NCBI GenBank assembly: GCA_014905635.1
Contig: CM026547.1
Location: forward strand, 1,488,001 to 1,552,000
Origin: Scenedesmus sp. PABB004
Taxonomy: Eukaryota
Direction: 5' to 3'
DNA: 64,000 nucleotides
Both the position numbers and the translations under genes were made by a program. Positions 47,704 through 60,062 of the stretch are shown here, one piece after another. Position 1 is the first letter of the stretch, and the number at the start of each line of letters is the position of its first letter. The notes below the pieces were generated by a model that worked only from the letters and a program-made list of their open reading frames with translations, was not told the origin of the DNA and made no database searches.

Positions 47704-49628
47704 TCACCGATGCTGCGGCGGCTGCGCCGGCGGCACGGCCGCCGCGCCCGCGCCCGCGCTCGGCCCCGCACCCGCGCTGCCCGGCTTGTCCACCAGGCGC
47801 AGCCGCTGGGTGAGCTGGTCCAGCTGCAGCTCCTTGCCCAGGCGGTCCAGCTCGGGCGTCTGCACCGGCGCGACCGCCTGAAACGCGGCGATGTGGCGCT
47901 GCACGGCCTCGTTGCCGGCGCACAGGTTGCGCACGGCCCACAGCGCCCACTCGCGGGCCATGGGGTCGCGCTCGTCGAGGTTGGTGTTGGACAGCAGCAG
48001 CTCCACGCCGCCGGCGGCGAGCACCGCGTCCTGCACGCGCCGCCGCGCGTGCACCAGGTTGCTCAGCAGCGCGACCAGGTCGCCGCGGTAGCCAGCGTAC
48101 GGCGGCGCCCGCTCGGCCGGCGGCGCCGGCGCGCCCTGCTCCGCGCGGCGCCGCGCCTCCTCCGCCTGCTGGTGGCGCGGCTTGGGCGGCGGGCCGAGCT
48201 CGCGCAGCATCGCCAGCGCCCGCGCGGTGACGCCCAGGGCGTGCAGCTGCGCCACGCAGTCGCCGCCAACGGCGCCAGGCTGCTCTGCAAACGCCACCAG
48301 CCCGGCGCCGCCGTCCTCGCGCGACGCGACGGCCTTGAGCACCTGTAGCGTCACCTCCAGCGCAAACCCCGCCACGCTGCCCGGCCGCGCGCCCGGCCCC
48401 GCGGCGCGCGCCGCCAGCACGCTCAGCAGGGCGGCGGCGCAGCGCAGCCACGGCAGAGCGGCCTGCTGCTGCTCTGACGGCTGCTCTGACGGCTGCTCTG
48501 ACGGCTGCTGCTGCTGCTCCTGCTGCTCCGGCGGCGGCGGCGGGGCCGCAGCAGGCACGGTGCCCACCTCCAGCGCCACGACGTGCAGCAGCGCCACGTG
48601 CGCCACGTTGGCCTGGAAGCTGGCGGGCAGCGCGTCGGCGGCGCACGGCGCGGCGCCGGCGGCGGCGGCGCCCGCGTCGGCGTCGCTGCGCTGCTGCTGC
48701 CCGACGTCAAGGCACGCCATGAGCTGCTGCAGGCGGCCGTGCCGCAGCACCACCGCCCTGATCAGCAGGCACAGGTTGTCGTTGCCGGCGCCAGCAGGCG
48801 CTGCCCCCGGCAGCGCCATGAGCGGTGCCAGCAGCTGCAGCCAAACGCCGCCCGCCTCCAGCCCCGTGAGCTCTTCCAGCGCAGCGCCGCTGGCGCGCAC
48901 GCAGTTGAGCGCCGTCAGCGCCAGCGCCTCGTGCACCGCGCCTGCGGGGCGCGGCGGCGGCGCAGCGGCGCAGCGGCGCGGCGGTCGGCTGCGGCTGGCG
49001 CGCCGCGGCTTGCGCGCTGCCGCCGCCGCGAGCCCCCACAGCCCCCCCCCCCCCGGCGCGCACCCTGCTTGACGCCGAGCAGCAGCTGCAGCACGCTGGG
49101 GAAGAGCTGCTGCCACAGCACGGCCGCGCACGCGGGGCACGCCGCCGACATGTTGGCCATCAGCTGCGACGCAGCCAGCAGCACCTGCTGCTGCTGCTCC
49201 TGCTGCTGCTCCTGCTGCTGCTGCTCCTGCTGCTGCTGCTCCTGCTGCTGCGACTGGCAGGCGCGCGCGGCCGCCGCCGCGAGGCGCGGCGCGGACGCGT
49301 GCATGCCGCGCCGCTGCAGCGCAGCCGCCGCCGGCGCGCCCGCCGCGCAGGCGTTGCGCAGCGTGCGCAGCAGCGTGAGCAGTATCGCCTGGCTGTCATC
49401 GGGCGCCCTGCGGCGGCGCGCGCGGCGCCGTCGGCGGGGCGGCGGCGGCACCAGCGGCGGCGGCAGCGGCGCCGGGCGGCGCGCGGCGCCGGCGGCTCAC
49501 CGCGGCTCCGCCGCCAGCGCGTCAAGCTCTGCACAGAGCGCGTCCAGGCGGCCGCTGTCGAGCAGCTGAGCGCGCCCCGGCGCCGTCTTTGAGAGCGCCA
49601 GGCACTCCGCCGCTGCCGCCGCGTCCAT
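47704..49628 (-). CDS. ATXN10: Ataxin-10-like armadillo protein
   Basis: YAGYRGDLVALLSNL...VQDAV...GGVELLL...DERDPMAREWALWAVRNLCAGN; N-terminal LRTLRNACA. Confidence 0.85.
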
Positions 49629-49904
49629 GGCGGCCCGCCTCCCCCCGCCGCGTGGGTGCGCGGGTGTTGTTGTTGGGGCCCGGCGCGTCACGCACCGTCG
49701 GCGAGGAGCAGGCCGCTGCCGTCACGCCGCGGCGCGCCGTGACGGCACCCGCGCAGCTGCCGCGCAGCCGCTGTCGCTTCCCCCGCCCCCCACACCCGCC
49801 CCCTGCCTGGCTCAGCACGTGGGAAGGTTGCTCCTCGGCAGCCCAGCTCGCGCAGCGGCCCGCAGCCCTCCGCCGCGCCAGGTCAACGCGCCCGCGCGGC
49901 GGCG

Positions 49905-52457
49905 ATGGACGCGCCGTCGACGGCGCCGGCCGGCGGCGACGCCGTCGATGAGGCACCGGCCGTGCAGGCTCCGTCCCCTGAGCGCCCGCTGAGCCCGGCA
50001 GTGAGCGCTTGGCGCCGGCCGGCTGCGCGCTGCGCGCGCGACAGCGGCTCACGTCCGCACGCTGCGCGGCGCGCCTGCGCAGGCCTCCGCCGGCGCGCTG
50101 CCCAAGTCCGAGCGGCCGGCCGGCGCGGGGCTCCCCAGCAAGCCGGCCGGCACCACCGCGCAGCGCCGGCCGAGCAGCAGCAGCTCGCGCGCGGCGCCGA
50201 CGCCTGCGCCCGAGCCCGCGCCCGCGCCTGGGCCGGCGCCCGCCGCTGCCGCCACGGGCAGCGCCAACGCGCTGCTCAAGATTCGGGCCGCGCGCGCGCG
50301 CCCGGGCGGCGCCGCGGCGCCGTCTGCCAACGTTGCGTCGACCATCAGCCGCGCGCGGGACGCGCTCGCGCGCGCGCGTGCGGCGGCCGGCAGCGCCGCT
50401 GGCGGCAGCCTGGCGGCCAGCCCCAGCAGCGCGGCCGTGTCGGACCGGCCCTTCACGCTCTACGGCCGCGCCGAGCCGCCGCCGCCGCGCGCGGCGGTGG
50501 CCATCGCGCCGCCGACGAGCGACGAGGCCGCCAAGCGCAGGCACGCGCGGCGGCCGCGCCGGCTGGTGTCCGCCAGCGCACGCGCGCGGCGCGGCCCAGG
50601 CGCAGGCCCGCCACTGCCGCCGCCGTGGCGCCCGCGCAGGGCGTGGCAGGCCGAGAAGGCGGCAATGCGGGAGCGCCGCCTCGCGCAGGACGCGGCGCGC
50701 AAGGAGCGCGAGGACGCGGCGCGCGCGGCGGCCGCGGCGGCGCGCGCTGAGGCGCACCAGAAGGTCATGGCCGAGCGCAAGGCCAAATACGTGAGCGAGC
50801 CGCGCGCGCGTGCACGCGCACAGCTGCCGGCCCAGGCCATGCCCACTCTGCGCGGCGCCGGCCCCGCGCGCTGACCGCCTGCCGGCTTGCAGGACGCGTT
50901 CAAGGCGCGCGAGCGCGAGCTCGCGGCCAAGAGCGAGGCGGCGTGGCGGCAGTACCGGGAGCAGCGCGGCCGGCCGCCCCTGTTCAAGGTCAGCGCCACG
51001 GCGGGCGCGCGGGGCAGGCCGGGCGGCCCGCGCCGCACGCGCCCGGCGCGCCTGCGACGCGCCGGCCCGTGACACGCCGCGTGCGCGCAGACGATGGAGG
51101 AGGAGTTCCGGTCGCGCTCGGCGGCCGAGGAGGAGGCGCGGCGCGCCGCGTACGAGGTGCGCGCGCGCGCTGCGCGGCGCAGGGCTGCCGGGGGCCGCGA
51201 GGGGCCTGCGCACGTACGTGTGCCGTGCGTGCCAACCCCGCCGCGGGCGCGCACGGCGCGCCGCGCAGGCGGAGGTCGCGGCCGGCAAGCTGGCTACGGT
51301 GAAGCAGCTGGTGGAGGGCGAGGTGGTCATCAGGCCGCCGCCCGGGAGCGTCAGCCCCGGCCGCAGCGCCTCGCCGGGCGCGCTGCGCCGCTCGCTGGGC
51401 TCAGGCGAGCACAGCGCCGTGCTCGGCCGCGCCTCGCCCGCGCGCGGCTCGTGGGCCGGCGCCAAGGCGGGCGCGCACAAGTGGCCCGCCGCCGGCGGCG
51501 GCGCTGCAGCGGCCACCGCCAAGCAGCTGGTCGAGCGGGCGTGCAGCCCCATGGTCCTGCCGGCGGACGGCTCGCTGCCGCCAGGTGAGCTGGGGTGTGT
51601 GCGCACCTGACTCGCCTGGCCGCTGTGCTCACTGCCGCCCGGTGCTGCCCGCAGGCGCCCGAGTGGTGCCCACGCGCCTCGCACGCGCCGACGCCCAGCG
51701 CGTGGCAGAGGAGGCGGCGGCGGCGGCAGCGGTGGCGGCGGCGGCAGCTGCGGTGGCCGCGGCGGCGGCGGCGGCGGAGGCGGCGGAGGCGGCAGCGCAG
51801 CCCGCCCAGCCGCCTGCCGGGCCGGCCGCGGAGGCCGCCGACGCGAGGCGCAGCAGCGCGCCCTCGGCGCGGCTGGCAGCGCCCGTGCCGGAGCAACAGT
51901 CCGAGGAGGCAGAGCAGCAGGAGTCTGAGCCAGAGCTCGAGCAGCCGGGTGCCGAGGGGCCCGGCGAGCCCGCGGACGCAGCCGAGCCGCTGGCTTTGGC
52001 GGACGAGGCGTCGGAGCTGCTCGAGGCGGCGGCAAGCGCAGACGAGGCCGCCGCTGGGAGCGCGGGCGGGGGCAGCGACGCGGACGAGCCAGACGAGCAG
52101 GCGGAGGTGCCGGACGGTGACGACGATGCGCTGCAGGGCGGCGCGAGCGCATCACACAGCTGCGGCTCAGCGGCGCCTGCCGAGCAGGTGGCGGACGGGC
52201 AGCGCGAGCCTGAGCAGGAGTCGGAGGAGCAGGAGGAGGAGCAGGAGCAGGGCGGTGGCGGTGCGGAGGAGGGCAGCGAGCTCGAGGGCGGCGAGCTGTG
52301 CGACGAGGCGGACGGCGAGGCGCCTGACAGTGGCACGGAGCTGGGCGGCGGCGCGTCGGCCGACGAGGCCGACGAGGTGGCGGCGGCGGAGGAGGGTGAT
52401 GACGGCGGGGGGCTGGGCGGCCGGGAGTCTGCGGATGAGGCGCCGGCCCGCGGGTGA
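49905..52457 (+). CDS. Unknown coiled-coil protein with acidic C-terminal tail, about 7 exons
   Basis: Consistent splice phases join E/K/R-rich helical exons (AWQAEKAAMRERRLAQ, DAFKARERE, MEEEFRSR) to an E/A/D-rich last exon ending at 52457. Confidence 0.6.
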
Positions 52458-52793
52458 GCACGGTGGGCTGTGGCTTTTGCCAACGCGGGCCGGCGCTGCG
52501 CGCGCCCACAGTGTGTGTATGTGCGTGTGTGGCGACGACGTGCTCCATGATCAGCCGGCCGCGCCGCAACGGTGCGGACGGCGGCGCCGTGGGCCTGGCG
52601 GCGGCGCCGCCTTGGGCACCGTGACGACAGCAACACTGAGTGATGGGATGGCGCGTGGGGTCGCTAGTGCAGGCGCACACCCGCTGAAGTGGTGCAAAGA
52701 GCTCGCCGCATGTGCCCTGATGCCCCCAATGTCGCAGTCATGCAAACGCCACAGCAGGGCAGGCGCCCCTCAACCGATCGCAGAAGACGGCGC

Positions 52794-55100
52794 TCAAGCG
52801 TGCTGGCCGCCGCCGTCCTCCGCGGCGTCGGCCTGCCGCAGGAGCGGCTCCGCCAGGCCGCTGCCGTCGCCGGCAGCCTCGCCGCCGCCAGCCTCGCCGC
52901 CGCTGGCGCCGTTGTCTTCAAGGAGCTGCTGCGCGCGCGCCACCTCCGCGCCCCAGTCCAGCGTGGCGACCAGCGCGTGCAGGATGAGCGCCTGGGTGGC
53001 GACCGCGACGGTGAGCCCCGCGCGCAGGCCCCACACCCCCCAGCCCGCGAACCGGGGCGCGCCCAGCATCCACGCCACGGGCATGCCGACGGCCCAGTAC
53101 GAAATCCAGTTTGCCCAGGCGCCCGTGAGCTGCCGGCCGGCGCCGCGCAGCACGCCGCTCAACACCGCGACCTGCCCGTCGCCTGGCGCGGCAGCGGGGG
53201 CGGGGGCAGCCCGCAGTCAGGGGCGCGCTGCGGCCGCCGCCGTGTGTGTGGCGCGCCCCGCGCGCTCACACAGGATGGCGGCGACCACGACCGGCAGGAC
53301 GTGCTTGAGCTGCTCCTGGATGTCCAGGTCGCGCGTGAGCGCCGCGACCATCGGCCCCCGCGCGAGCCACACGGCGGCGCAGAGGCCGAGCGACGACACG
53401 AGCGAGAGCACGCACGCGAGGCGGCACACGCGCGCCGCGCCGGCAGCGCTGCCGGCGCCGAGCGCCTGCGCGGTGCGCGTGGCGGTCGCGGTGCCGATGG
53501 CATAGCACAGCATCCAGGGCAGCAGGCTCAGCTGCGTCGACAGCCCCATGACCGCGACGGCGATCTCCGGGCTCGGGAGCCAGCCGGCCAGCAGCACGAG
53601 CACCTCCCACACCCACCTGCGCGCGCGCGGCGCCGGGCGGCGGGCGGTGGGCGGCGCGGCGGCTGCGGGGGCGGGGGCCGGCAGAGCTGCAGCGCGGCAC
53701 ACCACTCGGCGCAGACCATGACCACGCACGGCACGCCCAGGCTCAGGTACTGCCCCCACCCCTTGACCGCATCGGCCAGCCGGAAGCCGCGCCAGTCCGA
53801 GCCGCCGGCCGCGGGGCGGCACTCCCTGCGCGGCGGTGCGGCGGCGGCGCGGCGTGTGCGGCCAGCGCCCAGGCGCGCTGGCAGCGGGCGGGCGCGCGCG
53901 CCCCAGGGCCGCGCAGGCGCGCAGCCGCGCTGACCGGAGGAGCATGTAGCTCAGTAGGATCACCACCAGCGTGCCCTGCACTGCCACCATCGCCAGCGCC
54001 GCGCCGGGCAGCCCCAGGCCCGCCCTGCGGCGCCGCGCGGCCGGACTTGGCGCCTCCGCGCCCCCCGACCCCCGCGCCGCCGCTGGCGCTGCGCGGCAAG
54101 CGCGCTGGCGCCAGCGCACCACCAGACGAGACCCCAGTTGAGCACGGGCGACAGGGCGAGCCCGGCGAGGCTCGCGGCCATGCCTGGCCAGGCCAGGCCC
54201 TGGGCGAGCAGGAACTGCACCGTCGTCTCGGTCAGCACGCTCAGCCCCAGCGCCGGCACCATCAGCTGCAGCAGCCTGCCCGCGCGCGCGGTCGGCGCGC
54301 GGTCAGCGGTCGACCGCTGCGAGTGCGGCGGCCCCGCGCGGCCCCGCGGTCGGCGCGCGCGCGCGCGTGCGCGCACGCACTGGCTCGTGGGCGCCGCGAT
54401 GGCCGGCTCCTGCCCCACCTGCGGCAGCAGCCACGCGAGCGCGCCCGAGCCCCAGGCGAGCGCGGTGGGGAGCACCGCGCACGCGCACACGAGCTGCGCG
54501 CGCACGAGCATGGTGGCCAGCAGCTCGCGCTTGCCCGCGCCAAACGCCTGCCCGCAGAGCGTCTCGAGCGCACTGGCGAGGCCCGACACCACGCTGTACC
54601 CGGAGACGTTGTAAATGGCCTGGCTGAGAACGAGCGACGAGAGCGGCACGGCGCCCGGCAGCCGCCCCACGCACGCGGTCGCCACGAGCTGCTCCCCGAT
54701 CGCGGCCACGCCCTCCACGAACAGCGGCCCCGCGATGGCCGCCAGCCTGGCGCCGGCCGGCGGCGGCCGCGGCGGCGTGGGCGCGCGGTCGGCGCCGCGC
54801 GGCGCGGCTGCGGCGGCGTGGGCGCGCGGTCGGCGCCGCGCGGCGCGGCCGCGCACAGCGCCTGCCGCCGGTCGGCGCGCTGGCGGCGGCAGTGAACCCT
54901 GCCTGCTGCCCCAGAACTCACTGGAGCGCCTCCTGCGCCAGGCCGGGCGGCGGCCGCTGCCCGGGGTGCGCCGCGGTGTCGCTGCCGCTGCTGCCGGCGC
55001 GCCGCATGTCGCCGCCGTGGGGCGCGTGCAGCGGCAGGTTGATTGGGTGCGCAGAAAAGCTGCCCAGCGCGTCAACCGCGCCAGGAGCGTGGGGCGCCAT
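52794..55100 (-). CDS. MATE-family (DTX) efflux transporter
   Basis: SGLASALETLCGQAFGA, VQFLLAQG, CAEWWVWEVLVLLAGWL, VLSGVLRGAGRQLTGAWANWISYWAVGMP, GVWGL. Confidence 0.92.
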
Positions 55101-55357
55101 GAGTGACTGCGCCGCTGCTGCTGGCGTCGCTGCGAGCTGCCGCTGCTCTGCTGCTCCCGCCACGCACGGTCGCGCGAGTGGCGCGGGAAGTCGCGAGTCG
55201 CCGCCGGAGGGCGCGCCGGCCGCCGCCGTCGTTGACGACGTCAAGGGCTCAGCGCGTGCGCCGCACGCCGCGCCCACAGCCGCAGCCGCGCCCGCAGCCA
55301 CACGCCATACGTACAGCCGCCGCCGCCAACGTCGGACGCGCCGCATCCACACGTGGC

Positions 55358-56119
55358 ATGCGCCCGGGCGCGCGCGCCGCGGCGGGCGGCCTCGCCGCGC
55401 TCTTCGCCGCCTGGGCGCTCGGCTATCCGGCGACGTGGCGGCTCGGCCCGGGCGACGCCGCGCCGGCAGCTCCGAGTTTTGTCGCGGCGGACCCGGCGGC
55501 GATCACCCGGTTTGCGCCGCACCCCGGCATCCGCGTCCTCCACTCGGCAGCGGGCGGGCTGTGGGCGGCGCTCGTCCCGCTGCAGCTGAGCGCGCGCGCG
55601 CGGCGGGCCGCGCCGCGGCTGCACCGCGCCGCTGGCCTGGCCTTCTTCGCGTGCGCCGCCGCGGTGTCGGCCGGGTACGCGCTCATGGAGCGCCGCACGG
55701 GCGTGCTGCGCGCGCACGGCGTGCACAGAAATTCATTCTACCGGCCGCTCGCCGCCTGGTTTGCGGCCTCCGCGGCGGCGGCGCTCGCCGCGGCCGCGCG
55801 CGGCGACGGCGCGGCGCACGGCGCCTGGGCCGCGCGGTGCGCACGCGCGCCCCGGGCGCGGCCGCGCCCCCGCGCCGGCGACGCGAGCCCACGCGCGCCG
55901 CCGCCTCGTCGCAGGCACATCGCCGTCGGGTTGACCTTTGCGGTCGCGCGCGCCCTGGTCCTGGTCGCGGGCGCGGCCCTGCGCTTCGACGCGGCGACGG
56001 CGCTCGAGGCCCGGCTGACCGCGTTCTACTTTGCCAGCTACACTGCTGCAGCGCTCTCGCTCGGCGGCTGCGAGTGGGCGCTGCGCGCGCCGCCCGAGCG
56101 CCGCGCAGAAGCGCTTTGA
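55358..56119 (+). CDS. DUF2306-like membrane protein, 2 exons
   Basis: LHSAAGGLW..LVPLQLS..ARRAAPRLHRAAG..F and AHGAWAAR-HI motifs; multiple TM segments. Confidence 0.6.
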   Translation: MRPGARAAAGGLAALFAAWALGYPATWRLGPGDAAPAAPSFVAADPAAITRFAPHPGIRVLHSAAGGLWAALVPLQLSARARRAAPRLHRAAGLAFFACAAAVSAGYALMERRTGVLRAHGVHRNSFYRPLAAWFAASAAAALAAAARGDGAAHGAWAARCARAPRARPRPRAGDASPRAPPPRRRHIAVGLTFAVARALVLVAGAALRFDAATALEARLTAFYFASYTAAALSLGGCEWALRAPPERRAEAL

Positions 56120-56236
56120 CGGCGTCTGCTGCGGCGCGCGCGTGAGATCCACCGCCCCGCGCCCTGAATTTTACCGCCATCACGCCGTCTCACGCCTCCG
56201 CGCACCGCCCGCGACCGGAATGGGGCAGCGACGGCG

Positions 56237-57404
56237 ATGAGCACCCGCGCAGCAGCGCCGCCGGCGGCCGGCCGCCGCTCGCTGGGCGCCGCCGCAGCGC
56301 CGCGCGCGGCGCGGCCGTCGCGAAGGGCTGGCGCGCCCCTCAGCGCCCGGCCGCGGCGAGCCATGGCGAGCGGCAGCGACGCCGCGCCGGCAGCGGCAGC
56401 CGGCGGCTCGACGATGGCCGCCGCCGCGCCGGCGAGCGACGACCGCGTGCCCTCCACGGCCGCGGAGGTCGTGCAGACCTTCCTGGCGCACCCCAGCGCG
56501 GCGGTGCCGGCGGTTGCCATCGTCGGGCTCGCCTGGGCGCGCGCGGGCGCGCGGCGCCGCTGGGGGCGGCCGACGCGGCGGTGGCGGCCGGCGTCGTCGC
56601 GTTCTGGCTGGTCCAGGAGTGGGTCGTGCACAAGCACCTGCTCCACTCGAGCTTTGAGTGGCCGGGTGAGCAACGCGCGGGCGCGGGGGCTGCCCGCAGC
56701 CCGCGTGCGGGCGCGTGCGGCCGGGCGCGCCGCGCACCGCTCACACCCCCCGCCCCGCCGCGCCGCGCCGCGCCGCGCCGCGCCGCGGGCGCCGCAGGCA
56801 AGGCCATCCACGCGGCGCACCACGCCGCGCCGTATCACCACGTCTCGCTCGACCCCCCCTGGCTCGTGCTGTCGGTCATGGCCGCGGCGGGCGCCGCCGC
56901 GGCGGGCGTCTTTTCCGGCGGCCCGCTCGCGCTCACGGCGACCGGGGCGTACGTCACGGCGGGTGCGCATCCCGCGCCGCGTGGGGCGCAGCCGCGCTGC
57001 GGGGGCGGGGGGCGCGGGGCGCTGCCGCCGCACGCACCGCCTGGCCGAGCGCGTGTCCCCGCGTTCGCACGTCCGCACGCGCCCCAGGTCTGTGCTACGA
57101 GTTTCTGCACTACGTCGTGCACACGCGGTGGCTCCCGCGCTCCGCCTACCTACGCGCGGTCCGGCGTCACCACCAGCTGCACCACCTGCGCAACGAGGAC
57201 TACTGGCTGAGCTTCACGCTGCCCGCGGTCGACCGGCTCTTTGGCACGCTCCCTGCCCGCGGCAGCGCAGTGCCGCTGTCCGACGCGGCGCGCGCCGCGC
57301 ACGGCGCCGCGGGCGGCGGCCGCGGGGGGCGGGCACCCGCAGCGCCCGCCGCGCACAGCGTGCCGCCGCGCGAGGCGGCAGCGGCCGCGGTCGCGCGGCG
57401 GTGA
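56237..57404 (+). CDS. Fatty acid hydroxylase/sterol desaturase superfamily protein; one apparent frameshift
   Basis: His boxes EWVVHKHLLH, IHAAHH, YEFLHYVVH, RRHHQLHH, then VDRLFGT; start codon uncertain (56237, 56363 or 56413). Confidence 0.8.
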
Positions 57405-57755
57405 CGCGGCAGCCGGTCTGTACAGCAGGACGAACAGACTTGTATCATCAAATCTGCGCGCACGCGCGCGAGTGTGAGGGGAGAGCCAGCGGCGGCTGCG
57501 TCCGACGCCCGTGGGCGTCTGAACCCGAGCGTGTTGCTTTTGACCGCGAGTTGCTTGGCGCTGCTGGGGAGTGCTGTGGCCGGCGTGGCGCGCTCGCACG
57601 GACTCGCTGCAACGCGCGGCAGCGGCGCCGGCGGCGCGCGCTCCTCATTCTCCGCTTGTTGCTTGCCCCGAGCCGCCCCGCACCTCCCTGCCGCTCGCGT
57701 ACGCTGTTGTCGCTCTTCCCAGCAGCCACGCCCGGCCCTGCGCGCCAGCGCGTCC

Positions 57756-59798
57756 ATGGCGCTCGCAGCAGCGGCAGCGGGCTGCGGCGCTGCGCGCGGC
57801 ACCGTCACCGCCGCGGCCCGCCGCGCCCTGTCGCAGCTGCGGGCGCTGCACGCCTCGGCGCCCGCCGGCGCCGCGGCACCCGCGGTCGCCGCCGCCGACG
57901 ACCCGCTCACGGCGCGGTGCCGCGGCGCGCTGGCGGAGATGCGGGCTGGCGGGACCTACAAGACGGAGCACCCCATCACCACCGCGCAGGGCGCCACCAT
58001 CGGCGTCGAGGGCCGCGACCAGCCGGTGCTCAACTTTTGTGAGCGGCACGCGCAGCGCGCCGCGCCTTCGCGCGCGCCCATGCGCGCCCGCGGGTCGCCC
58101 GCTGATATCGCGCCGCGCCCTCGCGCGCCCTCACGCGCCCACTCGCGCTGATATCGCGCGCAGGCGCCAACAACTACCTGGGCCTGTCCAACCACCCCGA
58201 CGTTGTCGCCGCCGCGCGCGCCGCGCTGGACAGCCACGGCTTTGGGCTGAGCTCGGTGCGCTTCATCTGCGGCACGCAGGACCTGCACAAGGCGCTCGAG
58301 GCCCGCATCTCAGCGTTCCACGGCACGCAGGCGCGGCACCCGCGCCCCGCCGCCTGCCGCGCGACGTGCCCTGCGGCACGCCTGCCGCGCGGCCCCTGAC
58401 GGCTGAGAGCTCCCACGCGCCGCGCCGGCTGCCCTGCTGCCCTGCCGCGCAGGACACGATCCTCTATCCCTCCTGCTTTGACGCCAACGCGGGCCTCTTT
58501 GAGGCGCTGCTCGGCCCCGACGACGCGATCATCAGCGACGAGCTCAACCACGCGTCCATCATCGACGGCGTGCGCCTCTGCAAGGCCAAGCGCTACAGGC
58601 GCGCCGGCAGCGCGCCGCGCCGGCGGCGCGCCACGCCAGCGGGCGCGCCGCGGGGCGCCCGCGGCGCAGGCACGGGCCCGCCTCCACCCCCCCCCCCCCC
58701 CCCCCCCTGCCACACACAGGTTCAAGCACATGGACATGGCGGACCTGGACGCCAAGCTGACCGAGGCGGCGGCGGCGGGCGCGCGCGTGAAGCTCATTGC
58801 CACCGACGGCGTGTTCTCCATGGACGGAGACGTGAGCCGGCAGCTGGGGCGGCAGCCGGGGGCAGCGGGGGGCAGCGCGGGCGGGGCCCCGGCCCCAGTT
58901 GGCCAGCGCGCGCGCGCCGCGGCGTCAGGCTGACGCGCGTCGCCGCCGCTGCCGCGGCCGGCGCGCGCCGCAGATTGCGCCGCTGGGCGACATCGTGTCG
59001 CTCGCGCGGCGCCACGGGGCGCAGGTCATGGCCGACGACTGCCACGCGACCGGCTTTGTCGGCGCGACGGGCCGGGGCAGCGACGAGCACGCGGGCGTGC
59101 CCCCGGGGCAGGTCGACATCATCAACAGCACGCTCGGCAAGGCGCTCGGCGGCGCGACCGGTGCGCGCCGGGGGCCTGCCTGCGTCCCGCCCGGCGCCGC
59201 GCAGGCGCGCGCGCCGCGCCGCGCGCCCACGCCGCCGCCGCGCGCGCAGGCGGCTACACCACGGGGCGCGCCGACGTGATCGCGCTGCTCCGCCAGCGCG
59301 CGCGGCCGTACCTCTTCTCCAACACGCTCGCGCCCGCCGTCGCGGCGGCGAGCGTGGCCGTGTTTGACCTGCTCGCGCGCAGCACCGAGCTGCGCGACAC
59401 GCTCGCCGACAACACGGCCTACTTCCGGCGCCGCATGGCCGAGGAGGGCTTCAGCATCCGGCCGGGCACCCACCCCATCGTGGTGCGGCGGCGCGGCGGC
59501 GCAGCCGCAGGGCCGGCCCGCCGTGGCTCACGCGCTGCCGCCGCCGCGACGCTGCCGCCGCCACCGCCGCCGCCACCGGCAGCCGATCATGCTGGGCGAC
59601 GCTGCCCTGGCGTCGCGCATGGCGGCCGCCATGCTGGAGAAAGGCATCTACGTCGTGGGATTTTCGTACCCGGTCGTCCCGCGCGGCGCGGCGCGCATCC
59701 GCGTGCAGCTCAGCGCTGCGCACGAGCGGGCGCACCTGGACGCTGCGATCGCCGCCTTCGTGGAGGTGGGGCGCGAGCTGGGCGTGATCGGGGGCTGA
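57756..59798 (+). CDS. GCAT: 2-amino-3-ketobutyrate CoA ligase (glycine C-acetyltransferase), mitochondrial
   Basis: [96 protein letters not shown]. Confidence 0.95.
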
Positions 59799-60062
59799 GC
59801 AGGCGCCCTGCAGAGCACAGGGGAGAGCACACACGACGCAAGGACGCGTCGGTTGTTACGAACGAACGCGAACGCCGCCGACAGCTGCGCACCGGCCGCC
59901 GTCCCTCCAGCTGCGCTGAGCGCCCGCGCGCAGCGCACGAGCGTGCCGCCACCCAGCACCGCCGCGCGCACCGGCGAGCCACAAACAGTCGCGCCGCCGC
60001 ACCCCCGCGCACCGCAACACCGCCCAGGCAGCCCCACGCGCGCTCCCGAGCTGCGTCACGAC

